From assembly GCA_963693365.1 (NCBI GenBank), contig CAVNZM010000015.1, positions 744,001-808,000 of the forward strand: 64,000 nt of DNA, read 5' to 3'. Both the position numbers and the translations under genes were made by a program. This stretch comes from Amoebidium appalachense. Taxonomy: Eukaryota; Protista; Ichthyosporea. Positions 11,269 through 23,579 of this stretch are shown here, one piece after another (within the stretch, counting starts at the first letter, position 1; each line of letters starts with the position of its first letter). The notes below the pieces were generated by a model that did no database searches, was not told the origin of the DNA, and worked only from the letters and a program-made list of their open reading frames with translations.

Positions 11269-11983
11269 TGACATATACTAATCCGTCTCAGCAGATCAGC
11301 CTGTCTACGATCGAGATCGGGGGGGGGGGGGGGGGGGGGGGTGGCCCGGGTCCACAGATCATCAAGATCAAGTCCGGGGCCTCAAGATAGCTGTACAGCT
11401 GCGTGCATCTTGCCTCTGCCGGCGCAGGGCAGGACCACGTCAGCTGGAGCAGCCGACCAATAGAATTCTAATTAGTGTGTAGGATAGATCGTAGGAGGAC
11501 TTAGGAATGTGATTGTTCGGGCAGAAGCCCTTTTGTAAGTATTGGCAAGGTTTGATAGTGTATGTTGCCAAACGTATTTATATATTTCGATGTAGAGGAA
11601 AGGGGGGAGGGAGGGGGGGGGAGGATAGTATGAAATGTAGATTTAGACTCTGCGGTGCCACTAGGGGGAGGGTGAGGGGTGAGACATGGATAAATATATT
11701 AGTTTGAGTAGATCGACTTAGCTCGTGCAGGCGCACGATAAAGTAGATCGGAATGTTTGGAATGTGGCATCGTAGGGGGGCCAGGTGATGATGATCTTTG
11801 AGGGCACGGCCTTGATGGCCTCAGTTGTGACTTAGCCTCATTCCGTACGGATCTAAGTTTTGCCCGTCGGAGCCTGGTCTGAATAAACTTTACCAAAGTT
11901 TTCAGTCACACGTTCGTTCCTTTTTGTGTGTGTACACTTAGTAGAGTGCCGCTTCTCTAGTACATACACTATAGGATACGACA
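11269..11983 (+). repeat. 3' LTR of the Gypsy element (715 bp)
   Basis: TGACATATAC...GGATACGACA termini; inverted copy at 26540-27275 defines both ends. Confidence 0.92.
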
Positions 11984-12692
11984 CCATCTTCCAACACTGA
12001 CAGGCCAACGTTAACACCGCCACCCTCACTTGTCTGCGACACCACCAACACGCAAGGTGTCTCCAACATCTCCTTGAGGTCAGGGGGAAGGGCCGTCAAG
12101 AGAGGAACAGTGACTCCAAACCCCGTGGGGGGAAGCCTTGGCCATACGCTCGGCAACTATGGGTGTAAAAGCTTTAGTATGTGAAATACGGGAAAGATTC
12201 AGACACGGCCGCTAAGGGGACATTTCTGATCCTGCGGCGCATATCTGAGCATCATGAAAACAAAATAGTGAACGTTCATGGCCTGTGTTTGTGCTGACGT
12301 GGGTGCATGAGAAATGTGCGTGTAATTGGGAGGTGGGGTGGGAAAAAAATGCCTGTCAAAGGGAGAGGCTGTGGTGGAAAGGTGTATGTGTGACTGGGAA
12401 GGGGGGTTGTGCATTGGTTGCCAAACATTGTTCCTAGGAGACTCTACCGGGCAAGGAAGCCCATTATGCAAGGTGTTGATAGCAGCTATGGAACGATTAG
12501 CCATTAATTGAAACAATAAAAACTTCTTGTTGAATCTGCCCCTTCTCCTTGCGGAGATAAACCTAGTACACTGATCAAGCAACGGCGGGATATCGAAAAA
12601 GGGAAGGGGAAGCAAATCGCTAGACAAGTGAGGAAACAATCCTGAATCTGCCGTACCCGTATTGACGTCCTCAGGGGTACATGGGGGGGGGG
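11984..12692 (-). pseudogene. Fragment 3 of an old decayed retroelement (possible pol N-terminus of a DIRS-like element)
   Basis: Remnant frames DLLPLP...ANRSIAAINTLH...PTSAQ and VTVPLLTALPPDL; contiguous with 25689 once the TIR element is removed; family call from recalled pattern only. Confidence 0.4.
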
Positions 12693-14164
12693 TGTTGCAG
12701 GCCAAAGTGTCGTCCAGGCCAAAGTGTCGTCATCTCTAATTAAAATCCAGGTCGTCAAATTTGACTGGTCTAGGGGGAATATCGGGCAGGCCAAAATGCC
12801 CCCCCCCCCCCCCCCCTACTACCCTGGGTGACAGGGGGGTCAGAGGGTTTGTATGACGTGGTGGGAGAAACACAGTGTGTGCGCGGCGGGGGGGGGGGGG
12901 GGGGGGGGGGGGTTATAAACAATCATTGTCGTGACCTTAGCTTATGACATGTTTTGGCCGGAAAAAGATCATGTCTACTGTTACCAGTTTTTTTTCATCT
13001 TGGTGCAAATGATGTATTCGGGGGGGACCAGGGGGGGGGGGGGGGGGGGGGGGTTGTGGTATAATCATTATAGTGTCCTGAGCTTGTTGCTTTGTGTGTT
13101 GGTCGAAAAGAAATCATGGCCAATGATAGCAGGATTTTACCAACTCGTTGCAAATGAGTGGTTTGTATGTATTTATCATGCCAATGGCATTGCATTTACC
13201 TTACAGAAGCCATAATACACCATTATGATTTAGTCGTAATCATCTTGTATTCTTAATCATTCTTACATCACAATGTTAAAGTGGGTTTACATAGACTAAG
13301 TACCGCTCACATGGAATAAAACCCCGGGCCCCCCGCCGGCGGACAGCATATATATTTTGTATGTTTTAGTTGTCACTACGTCACAAAGAACCATACACAG
13401 CATCCAATTCATGTTATATTCGTAAATATCTTCTATGCACAATTTTCAATCTTGATCTTATACTTATACACCTACATGAAATAAACCCAGACAGCATGCA
13501 ACCAGCACATTCATGGTGTATTTAAATACGAGCAGGCATTAAGTCCTTCATTCCAGTTCAAACGATAATGGCATGTTGGCAGCAAAAAAACAAACAAAAA
13601 AGCCCAAAAAAAAACAAAAAAAACACCGATATCCACAAGGTCGTATACACTACATCCACAGTTGACTTTGCATAACAACGTCAGTTTTCGTGTTATGTTT
13701 TTGTTCATTTACTTAGTGTAAAAGATGTGCTCCTTGTACGTAAATTATGACATCGATCTCCAGTGTGTTTGAGTACTTGTAATCGTGTTGTGTAGACGGT
13801 GATAGGTTAGAAACATCACCTCTTTCCTCGTTACTTTTCACCTCATTACTTTCTTATAGCTGTGACCTATGGTGTGCGTTCAACCTGTGTCTCCGGATCT
13901 ATCCGGGAAATAATCAGTTAATTGTGATTAATTATTTTAGACTTAGATCTGATTTCCGACTGGTCGGAAATCATGTATGGATTTGACTTAAGGGAATTTC
14001 AGGTATTTATGCGAGATCGAAATAAATTGAGTTCAGTCGTGTCTAAACATTGATGTCTGTTGTGTACACTGCTCCGATCGTTCCGTGTTTTGTTGTTGTG
14101 TGTCTGTGGTCTTTTCACACTGCACCACTGTGTCTCTGCTTCCGTCCCAAATACTTATACAATT

Positions 14165-15446
14165 TTACACATCCTTAATGCGTGCCCAATTCAACTTAAC
14201 ATATAATGGGCACCAGCCTTCGCATTCGCCACCTTCCCGAGACATTTGGACAGAGACATTGGTAGGTCCCGTGTTGCTCTCCCATAGCTCAGTGTCTGGT
14301 TTTTCAGTGGTCATTCCGAAACCGTCGCAGTGGAGATGATATGGCCTCCCATTTTTCCACGTGAATGCGGGTGCCACACCAAAAAAGTGACCTGATTTGT
14401 GAAGACCAATGTAGGCAAGATGGTATTGGCGCCCCATAAAGTTCGCGCAATTCATGACATGAACAGGCGCCGGCAAGGATTGCACTGACATGTGGACGAA
14501 GAGAATTCTAGGAAGTATTAAAACGTTGCCCCGCACCGTACCCTTGGAATTGCACGTTGTGCAAACCGAGGTTGGGCTTTGAAATTCCCTGCCATATTCA
14601 GTGCAGTCGCCATCGAAGAAATGGGTACCCGCTATGTTTTCTATCAAGTGGGATTGACAATGTAAATCTCCTTGTGGTCCATCCTTTCACGGCGAAGTCG
14701 GGTGCGAAGCTCGGCATCGATGGAACACAACACACGCGTAGACACGCCAGTGCATTTAACGCATGTAGCGGTTATGATTGTCACGTGAGGGGGTACCACG
14801 TTGTCTCGGAATAGCGAACGACTAGATCCATCCAGCGGGACACCCGTGAGGTAATCCGAACCGCTAATGTCACATTGAAGCGCGTCAAACAACTTGTCCG
14901 TTGAATTTATGTCCCCAATCCTGAATCGTGTTACCTTCCACACCCGTGCCAGACGATGAGCAATGGCCCGGATATTTGCTGTATGCTTTTCGCGGTGCTT
15001 TAAAACAGCAACTGAATCATCCGGCCCCAAACGTCCAGTCCGGTTGGCTTAAGATGTACGGGTGGCACGTTGGATTTTATCAGCCCACAGTTTATTCCGT
15101 CCAATGCGGTGATGATGAAACAGAAATTCATTTCCCATGAAAATCTTGGACGGAAACCAAAGGTGTCGTTGCGGTTGAATGAGAAAGCATCCATCGGCAC
15201 GGGGGTGACGTCATAAACTGGGTCTGCGCTGTTGCAGTACATAGTGTGTAAACACAGACTCACTGACATTCCCGGGCCATTTTGACCGGAGAGAGACGGG
15301 GATTGTGGGCACAGTGGGCAAGGGTTGCAATCATTGGTTGATGGGACTGGCGACACTGGTGGGTCCACTTCGGGTGTATACGACGTTGAGTCAGTTACCT
15401 CGGGCTCCAGTGTCACCTTGGCACGCTTACGGGGCGGTTGTGCCAT
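14165..15446 (-). pseudogene. Divergent USP-like (peptidase C19-type) cysteine protease with two frameshifts
   Basis: Three consecutive ORFs give Cys box WEMNFCF, CVKC...CTTC zinc pair, LPRILFVH, His box YHLAYIGLHKSGHF and HCDG. Confidence 0.6.
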
Positions 15447-15607
15447 TGGCGAAGGTGGTACTTGTGACTGGGCGCCGTCACCTGCACTACTGTAGTAAAA
15501 CCCGACGACAAAATTGGCGAAGCAGGATCCGACGACCCTGTGTTGTGTTCTGGCTCAGAGGGCACTGGTGTACCTGCCGGATGCGACAGATAGGGTTTAG
15601 GGTTAGA

Positions 15608-15980
15608 TGGATAATCAGGATGCGAGCGAATATTATATTCGCCTGGGGGTTGGATACTCAGGTTCCGAGCGAATATCATATTCTCTTGGGGGTTGGATAA
15701 TCAGGATCCGAGCAAAAAAAAAAATTCTTTTCTTTTTTTTTTATTTATATATATTCGCCTGGGGGGATGGATAATCAGGATGCGAGCGAATATTATATTC
15801 GCCTGGGGGGATAGATAATCATGATGCGAGCGTTTTTTTTTTTTTTTTTTTTTTTTTTTCCCCGCCTGGGGGGATGGATGGATAATCAGGATGCGAGCGA
15901 ATATTATATTCGCCTGGGGGTTGGATACTCAGGATCCGAGCGAATATTATATTCGCTTGGGGGTTGGATAATCAGGATCC

Positions 15981-16027
<47 letters not shown>

Positions 16028-16639
16028 TATTCGCCTGGGGGGATGGATAATCAGGATGCGAGCGAATATTATATTCGCTTGGGGGTTGGATACTCAGGAT
16101 CCCAGCGAATATTAAATTCGCTTGGGGGTTGGATAATCAGGATCCGAGCAAATTTATATATTTATTTATTTATTTATTTATTTATTTATTTTCTTTATTC
16201 GCCCGGGGGGATGGATAATCAGGATGCGAGCGAATATTATATTCGCCTGGGGGGATGGATAATCAGGATGCGAGCGAATATTATGTTCGCTTGGGGGTTG
16301 GATACTCAGGATCCGAGCGAATATTATATTCGCTTGGGGGTTGGATAATCAGGATCCGAGCATTTTTTTATTATTTTTTATTTTATTATTTTTTATTTTA
16401 TATTATTATATTCGCCTGGGGGGATGGATAATCAGGATGCGAGCGAATGTTATATTCGCTTGGGGGTTGGATACTCAGGATCCGAGCGAATATTATATTC
16501 GCTTGGGGGTTGGACAATCAGGATCCGAGCAATTTTTTTTTTTTTTTTTTTTTTTTTAATTCACCTGGGCGGATGGTTTGGATACTCAGGATCCGAGCGA
16601 ATATTATATTCGCTTGGGGGTTGGATAATCAGGATCCGA

Positions 16640-16709
<70 letters not shown>

Positions 16710-16741
16710 TCGCCTGGGGGGATGGATAATCAGGATGCGAG
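15608..16741. repeat. Palindromic 43-44-bp satellite array 1 with microsatellite-expanded units
   Basis: Unit GGATA(A/C)TCAGGAT(G/C)CGAGCGAATATTATATTCGC(C/T)TGGGGG(GAT/TT). Confidence 0.95.
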
Positions 16742-17902
16742 CCAATGACAGTACCTGCACATATCGCTTTCACGAAACTAATACGCACCCCCGAATATTT
16801 TTATTGGATGAGCGGTCCGAAAAGCCGGTCGGATTGGGTCGAAAAATAGACCCAGTGATTTGGGTGGGTAAAAATCACGAGGTTGAAACGCCGATTTTTG
16901 GGAAAAAATTAGACAGTACCTGCACATATGCCTCCACCGAATTTTCCCAATTACAAGATGGTGGAGGGACGGAATATCCGTCGATAAGATAAAGGGGTGT
17001 GCCGCGTATAAGGTGTGCGCAAAAATACCTACCAGTCCGGTAGTTTATCTGTGTTTTTTTTTGTTTTGTCATATCATTGTCATTGCTTCAGAGGGAAAAA
17101 CATCCACCCTCAAACAAATGCCACGAAAAGTGAAGTAGTTTGTCTGTATTTTTTGTTTTGTTTTGTCAGAGGGGAAAACATCCACCCTCAAAGAAATGCC
17201 ACGAAAAGTGAAGAGCCGTAGAAGTGGTTTACGTGTTTTATACAGATTTGGAAAGCGATGATTGGATGTTATATCTAACTGTGATATGTACCCAATGGGA
17301 ATAATGATAGTAATTCCTGGGATATAACTAATACAGTATTTGAAACAACTGTGAGATTTGAAAAGGGAATTATTTGCTTCATTGTGTAAACCAATACTAC
17401 AGGAACGTCTGCTATTTCCTTTTTTACGCTACGGAGACAGTACCTTCAAAAATGTATACGCAACAAGTTGAGATCATATGATGGGAGCTAATCAAAATAT
17501 TTCGTGCACAAACGTTTTAGCCATTTGTGATAGATGGCGAATGGGGAGGTTACACCAAGTTTTCAATGAAATGACGAAGAAGGTAAAAGGGCAGAATAAT
17601 TACGGATGTTGATGCAGAATACGACAATAAACCTTTTGTGGTATATAGTGGTAACAAAAAGCTGTTTATATACATATTATTTCCAGTATTTAGGCTTCTT
17701 CAGAATCATAGTAGTGCAGTTCGTAGCCAATCAAAATATTCAGCCTCTGGACGGTTGTGCCGAAAATTCAAGTTCTTTTAGATATGCCTGGAAATTGATT
17801 TCTCCTAGTTTGAATGAGAGCGAATCAATAGACATACTGTGATAGTCTCCAGTTGGAATTTCGCACGAATAAATCGAGTGCCGCATTGCCGGGACCTGGC
17901 AC

Positions 17903-17992
17903 ATATTATATTCGCTTGGGGCCGGGGTTGGATACTCAGGATCCGAGCGAATATTATATTCGCTTGGGGGTTGGATAATCAGGATCCGAGCA

Positions 17993-18050
<58 letters not shown>

Positions 18051-19508
18051 GCCTGGGGGGATGGATAATGAGGATGCGAGCGAATATTATATTCGCTTGG
18101 GGGTTGGATACTCAGGATCCGAGCAATTTTTTTTATTTTATCATATATATATATATATATATATATTCGCCTGGGGGGATGGATAATCAGGATGCGAGCG
18201 AATATTATATTCGCCTGGGGGGATGGATAATCAGGATGCGAGCGAATATTATATTCGCTTGGGGGTTGGATACTCAGGATCCGAGCGAATATTATATTCG
18301 CTTGGGGGTTGGATAATCAGGATCCGAGCGAATATTATATTCGCTTGGGGGTTGGATGCTCAGGATCCGAGCGAATATTATATTCGCTTGGGGGTTGGAT
18401 AATATGGATCCGAGCATTTTTTTTTTTTTCTTTTTTAATATTCGCCTGGGGGTTGGATACTCAGGATCCGAGCGAATATTATATTCGCTTGGGGGTTGGA
18501 TAATCAGGATCCGAGCAAATTTTTTTTTTTTTTATTCGCCTTGGGGGATGGATAATCAGGATGCGAGCGAATATTATATTCGCTTGGGGGTTGAATACTC
18601 AGGATCCGAGCGAATATTATATTCGCTTGGGGTTGGATAATCAGGATCCGAGCGAATATTATATTCGCTTGGGGGTTGGATACTCAGGATCCGAGCGAAT
18701 ATTATATTCGCTTGGGGGTTGGATAATATGGATCCGAGCATTTTTTTTATATTTTTTTTATTATATATATATTCGCCTGGGGGGATGGATAATCAGGATG
18801 CGAGCGAATATTATATTCGCTTGGGGGTTGGATACTCAGGATGCGAGCGAATATTATATTCGCATGGGGAATGGATAATCAGGATGCGAGCGAATATTAT
18901 ATTCGCCTGGGGGCATGGATAATCAGGATGCGAGCGAATATTTTATTTGCTTGGGGCGTATAAGTGAATATAATATTCGCCCGGATTGATTGTTTGGATA
19001 ATCAGGATCCGAGCGAATATAATATTCGCCTGGGGGGATGGATAATCAGGATGCGAGCGAATATTATATTCGCCTGGGGGGATGGATAATCAGGATGCGA
19101 GCGAATATTATATTCGCCTGGGGGGGATGTATAATCAGGATGCGAGCGAATGTTATATTCGCTTGGGGCGTATAAGCGAATATAATATTCGCTCAGATTG
19201 ATTGTTTGGATAATCAGGACCCAGGTTGGATAATCAGGATGCGAGCGAATATTATATTCGCCTGGGCGGATGGATAATCAGGATGCGAGCGAATATCAAT
19301 GATTACATTCGCCTGGGGGGTTGGATAATCAGGATACGAGCGAATATTATATTCGCTTTGGGGCGTATGAGCGAATATAATATTCGCTCGGATTGATTGT
19401 TTGGATAATCAGGATCCGAGCGAATATAATATTCGCTTGGGGGGTTGGATAATCAGGATGCGAGCGAATAATATATTCGCCTGGGGGGATGGATAATCAG
19501 GATGCGAG
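17903..19508. repeat. Palindromic 43-44-bp satellite array 2 (same orientation as array 1)
   Basis: Same unit, roughly 30 copies; one further degenerate unit at 23281-23322. Confidence 0.95.
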
Positions 19509-19975
19509 AATATTTGGTTTTATTTGTGGAGTTTTATTGACATAAATATTTTTCTGGGTAAACACGTAGGATGGGTGTCCGATATCAACATAACCATGAA
19601 GGCTTCGTTTCGTGTTTTAGCAGCTCGCGTTCGGCTGCCCGCATACAGGCACCTATTAGCCGATCAAAACATCAGATTCCACAGATCACTAGACCGAGTT
19701 TGATTGGCTCAGGTTCAGATTTCACATAACACTAGATCGATTTTGATTGGCTCAGATCGGTAGCCTTAGGTATATAAGCACGACAGTTTTTAGCAGATCA
19801 GCAAGCAACAGACACATCTTCTGTGTTGAGCACCTACAGCTTTACAGCTATATTTTCTTTTCTGCCCGCGCCCCCCATTACATCAGTACAGGATCTCCTC
19901 CTGCCACCCACTCTGCTCATCCCGGACGCATGTCAGCGCTGAGGCTTCCCCGACCACCCCAGCGCGGCCTGCCCC

Positions 19976-20236
19976 ATGTACCCCAATTGCAAGCCCGGCT
20001 GTGGTCTTGATGGCTTCGCGCCGCCCCACAAGCCCGGCGGGGGACAAACCCCCAACCGACCTGGCCCGCAACCCGGCCCGGCACCACCGGCCCGACCCGT
20101 GGATCTACCCGCGACACACTGCAGGAATTTCCACATCAACGGTCGGTCCTGCGCTAAGCAGCCCTGCCCCTTCTCCCACGTGTGCCCGCTCTGCTCTGGC
20201 ACACACCCCCGCAAAGACTGCAAGCACCATGCCTAG
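19976..20236 (+). pseudogene. gag: Gag C-terminal zinc-finger fragment of the YR retroelement
   Basis: CRNFHINGRSCAKQPCPFSHVCPLCSGTHPRKDC (CCCH followed by CCHC). Confidence 0.75.
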
Positions 20237-20618
20237 TCTACGCGCACACCCACACCCACAGATAGAACATAGGGGCTAGGAGCTAGGATACACGGGTACA
20301 AGGACACGGAGCTCGGGAAAAACGGGCCACTCGGGCTGAGTAAAAATTTTCGCAGGCCAACTACGGCACCCGCGCGCGCCAAGAATAAATGTCCCTACAC
20401 AAAGACGTTATTCTGGCCACTGCACATAATTTTACTCCCCCCCCATCCCACGAGCCTCCCCCCCTTACACTCACCTAGCACTCCCTCCCCCTTCTTCTAA
20501 CTCTGTGTCCGCCCACACCCCCGCGTGCTCGGGCATCCCCTGCACAGGGCCCCGCTGCCCTCCCTGCAAACCCTCCCTCGGGCCCAGCTGCCCTACTCTA
20601 ACCCCCCGGGAGGCCCTG

Positions 20619-20661
<43 letters not shown>

Positions 20662-20900
20662 ATGCCGGGATCTCCCCGAGGGTGCCCCACCCTTGCTAAC
20701 CACCCCTTCCCCCGAGGCTCAGACCCGGAGGCCCGCCCGCTGCCCCAGCACCACGTTGACACCTCCCGCCTCCAGGAGCTGCTGGCCCCCTACCCAGGCC
20801 AATCATTCGCCGCGCAGCTCCTCCACGATGTCGAATTCGGTGTCAACATCGGCTATCGCGGCCCCTCCACCTCCCGGGTGGGCCCCAACCTAGACCTGCA
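20662..20900 (+). pseudogene. N-terminal stub of DIRS/Ngaro RT ORF; RT core and RNase H deleted
   Basis: LQELLAPYPGQSFAAQLLHDVEFGVNIGYRGP, then loss of similarity. Confidence 0.65.
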
Positions 20901-21086
20901 CTCCCGGTCTTCCCCCCACCCCGTGATGGCCAAACTTCTTCGATCTCCCCTTCCGGAGCAACGCTGGCAGATTGGCCCCCCACTTTGCTCCGGCCGAGCT
21001 GCTTCGTGCCACCACTACCCTGCAGGAATGCCAGGCCCTGAGTCTCAACCTCGACTCTCGGGCCTTTTACTCCCGGGTGCAAAAAA

Positions 21087-22013
21087 GTGTTCATCGATTT
21101 TTGTGTGGCATCTCGGCTGCAATCCTCCGCCGGGTCCTCCCTCCCGGCCTCCCCCCACACCGTGCAGCTTTTTCTCGCCTGGTGTGCCCAACGAGGGGTA
21201 CAGGCCTCTTCCTTGGCCGGCTACAATTCGGCCATCACCAGACTCCACCTCTACATGGGCCTCCCTGCTCCCTACCCCCACGACAAGTCTCTGGCCTGGT
21301 TCCTCCGAGGGGTGGGCAGATGGCAGCTTTCTCACAACATCCGACCCCGATCATCCACCAGGGAGCCCCTCCTGCCCTCCCACCTCAGCCTACTCCATGG
21401 CCAGTGCCCCACCAAGGCCTCCTCGGCCAATCTACGGCTATGGACGGCCCTCATCGTCGGTTTCTGTGGTCTCCTCCGTTCGGGGGAATTTACCTCCAAA
21501 ACCCTGACTTCCTTCGACCCGTCCCGTCACGTTAAACGGAAGGACGTGACCTTCAGCTACACCCCCACCGGTACTTTGTCCCCTGCCACCCTCCACCTGC
21601 CAACCTCCAAGACGGATGTACAGGCCCGAGGTGTCAACGTCACTCTAGCTGCCCTGCCCCTCACCCACTTCTCCCCAGCCCATCTCCTCCGGCAGTTCCT
21701 GGATACAACGTCCGGTCAACCCGACGACCCCCTGTTCAGTCTCAGTGGCATTCCCTACACCAAGGGTGCTTTCTCTGCCGACTTCCGTGCCCTCCTCTCC
21801 CGGGCAGGCCTCTCACCCTCCCGGTTTGCCGGCCACAGCCTCCGAATAGGGGGGGCCACAGCCCTGGCTGAGGCCGGAGTCGACGACTCCCGGATCAAAC
21901 AACTCGGCAGATGGTCCTCCGACTGTTTCCTGATCTATACTCGACTTCGCCCGGCCTCCATTGCTGCCACTACTACCACACGTGCCAGTGTATTCGCCTC
22001 TATTCTTAAGTGA
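21087..22013 (+). CDS. Tyrosine recombinase of the YR retroelement (true start probably ~20972, separated by a 1-nt shift in the A6 run at 21081)
   Basis: GLLRSGE, SKTD, HSLRIGGA, GRWSSD and LIYTR: complete R-K-H-R-W-Y catalytic set. Confidence 0.95.
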   Translation: MFIDFCVASRLQSSAGSSLPASPHTVQLFLAWCAQRGVQASSLAGYNSAITRLHLYMGLPAPYPHDKSLAWFLRGVGRWQLSHNIRPRSSTREPLLPSHLSLLHGQCPTKASSANLRLWTALIVGFCGLLRSGEFTSKTLTSFDPSRHVKRKDVTFSYTPTGTLSPATLHLPTSKTDVQARGVNVTLAALPLTHFSPAHLLRQFLDTTSGQPDDPLFSLSGIPYTKGAFSADFRALLSRAGLSPSRFAGHSLRIGGATALAEAGVDDSRIKQLGRWSSDCFLIYTRLRPASIAATTTTRASVFASILK

Positions 22014-23579
22014 AACCTTTGGAGCAAGCATACTGCTCTCGTGCCGTGGTTTACAACCATTGCAGGTTCACTTTCGTCCAAGGGGATGTCCCCCTAGAGG
22101 CAACACACGTCCCGGAGTAGTTTTCATAGAGGTTTTATTTGTGGAGTTTTATTGACATAAATATTTTTCTGGGTAAACACGTAGGATGGGTGTCCGATAT
22201 CAACATAACCATGAAGGCTTCGTTTCGTGTTTTAGCAGCGCGCGTTCGGCTGCCCGCATACAGGCACCTATTAGCCGATCAAAACATCAGATTCCACAGA
22301 TCACTAGACCGAGTTTGATTGGCTCAGGTTCAGATTTCACATAACACTAGATCGATTTTGATTGGCTCAGATCGGTAGCCTTAGGTATATAAGCACGACA
22401 GTTTTTAGCAGATCAGCAAGCAACAGACACATCTTCTGTGTTGAGCACCTACAGCTTTACAGCTATATTTTCTTTTCACCCACCCACCTACACCCAACAC
22501 TCAACCCCCATTGATTCACACATACGTGCTGTTCTTTCACGGGGCGAAGACTTCCCCCGTTTTTTGGGCACAAGGATCTCACGGATCAATAAATTGATGA
22601 CTGGGGGCTTGCCGTGGTTTACAACCATTGCAGGTTCACTTTCGTCCAAGGGGATGTCCCCCTAGAGGCAACACACGTCCCGGAGTAGTTTTCATAGATT
22701 TTTTTTTTTTCTTTTGACTGGATTTATTCGACGGAAAGATAGGACAAGTATGCACGGCATACTGAGAAGACAATAAAAACTTCACGAGTTATCCAGTAAC
22801 AAGTGCATACTGAGATACCTGAACACTGTGTGAAAATCATATAAATACTCAATGTGACGACCAACAGAATTCAACAAAAAGTCTAAAGTGTTCACATTGC
22901 CAGCTAGTGTAGCAGATACCCGGAGGGAAAGAGGTAAAACGCGACATAAAAATTCACACCTATCAACATGCTTGCGATTAAAAAGGTCAGCACAAAAGTG
23001 GCACCAGCGGCGATGAAAACAAGAATTACAGCGCCACTGCACAACTTCCCAAGCAATATCAACATCAGAGCACCATACAGACTTATCTACTAGGGTGGTA
23101 TCCATACGTACAGCAGGAGAAATGTATCCTGCCAAAGCTCCGAAAAAGCGATAATGATCGGTACGGTGTTGCCTAAGGAACATAACACATGCCGACTGAG
23201 TTTTACCTTTGATTTCTCTATCAGAACGAGAAAGAAACTTATACTGCGTATGGTAATAACGCGAAAAGGCAGAAAAAACTGAATATTTATATTCGCCTGG
23301 GGCCCGGGGGATGGATAATCAGCTTGTGTACAGTGCACACACACACGATACAATAACATGATTGGACATAGCCTATACATTGTCAAAGAGTATGATAATG
23401 TCGTGCCCAGTGGATGCGCTTACACTGATGTGTGTGTGTGTGTGTGTGTGGAATGACACACACACACCATAAAATACAGCGTAAACCTTACATTTGCAAC
23501 CTTACCACCCATGTACCCCCTCCCTGTTTCCCGGGGGGGGGGGGGGGGGGGGGGTGTCCGGGGGGGGGGGGGGGGGGGG

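Larger units (their letters stand above)
8433..11983 (+). mobile_element. Ty3/Gypsy chromovirus-type element, copy 2 (RT end to 3' LTR)
   Basis: 8433-10415 is near-identical to 3004-4984; continues into integrase C-terminus, chromodomain, PPT and LTR. Confidence 0.95.
19516..22698 (+). mobile_element. Tyrosine-recombinase retrotransposon (Ngaro/PAT-type) with split direct repeats, internally deleted
   Basis: A1 19516-19862, B1 22042-22130, A2 22131-22477, B2 22610-22698 (A1...B1A2...B2); gag zinc finger, RT N-terminal stub, YR; no TSD. Confidence 0.92.

Noticed and set aside
15821-18922. Repetitive MDNQDASEYYIRLG ORFs
   Set aside because: Translation of the satellite; 43-44-bp units do not keep frame
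15608-19508. CRISPR array
   Set aside because: Units are head-to-tail without unique spacers; variable parts are only poly-T or (TA)n; no cas genes; eukaryotic context
22782-23183. Cys-rich 133-aa minus-strand ORF
   Set aside because: No recognisable domain or supporting context
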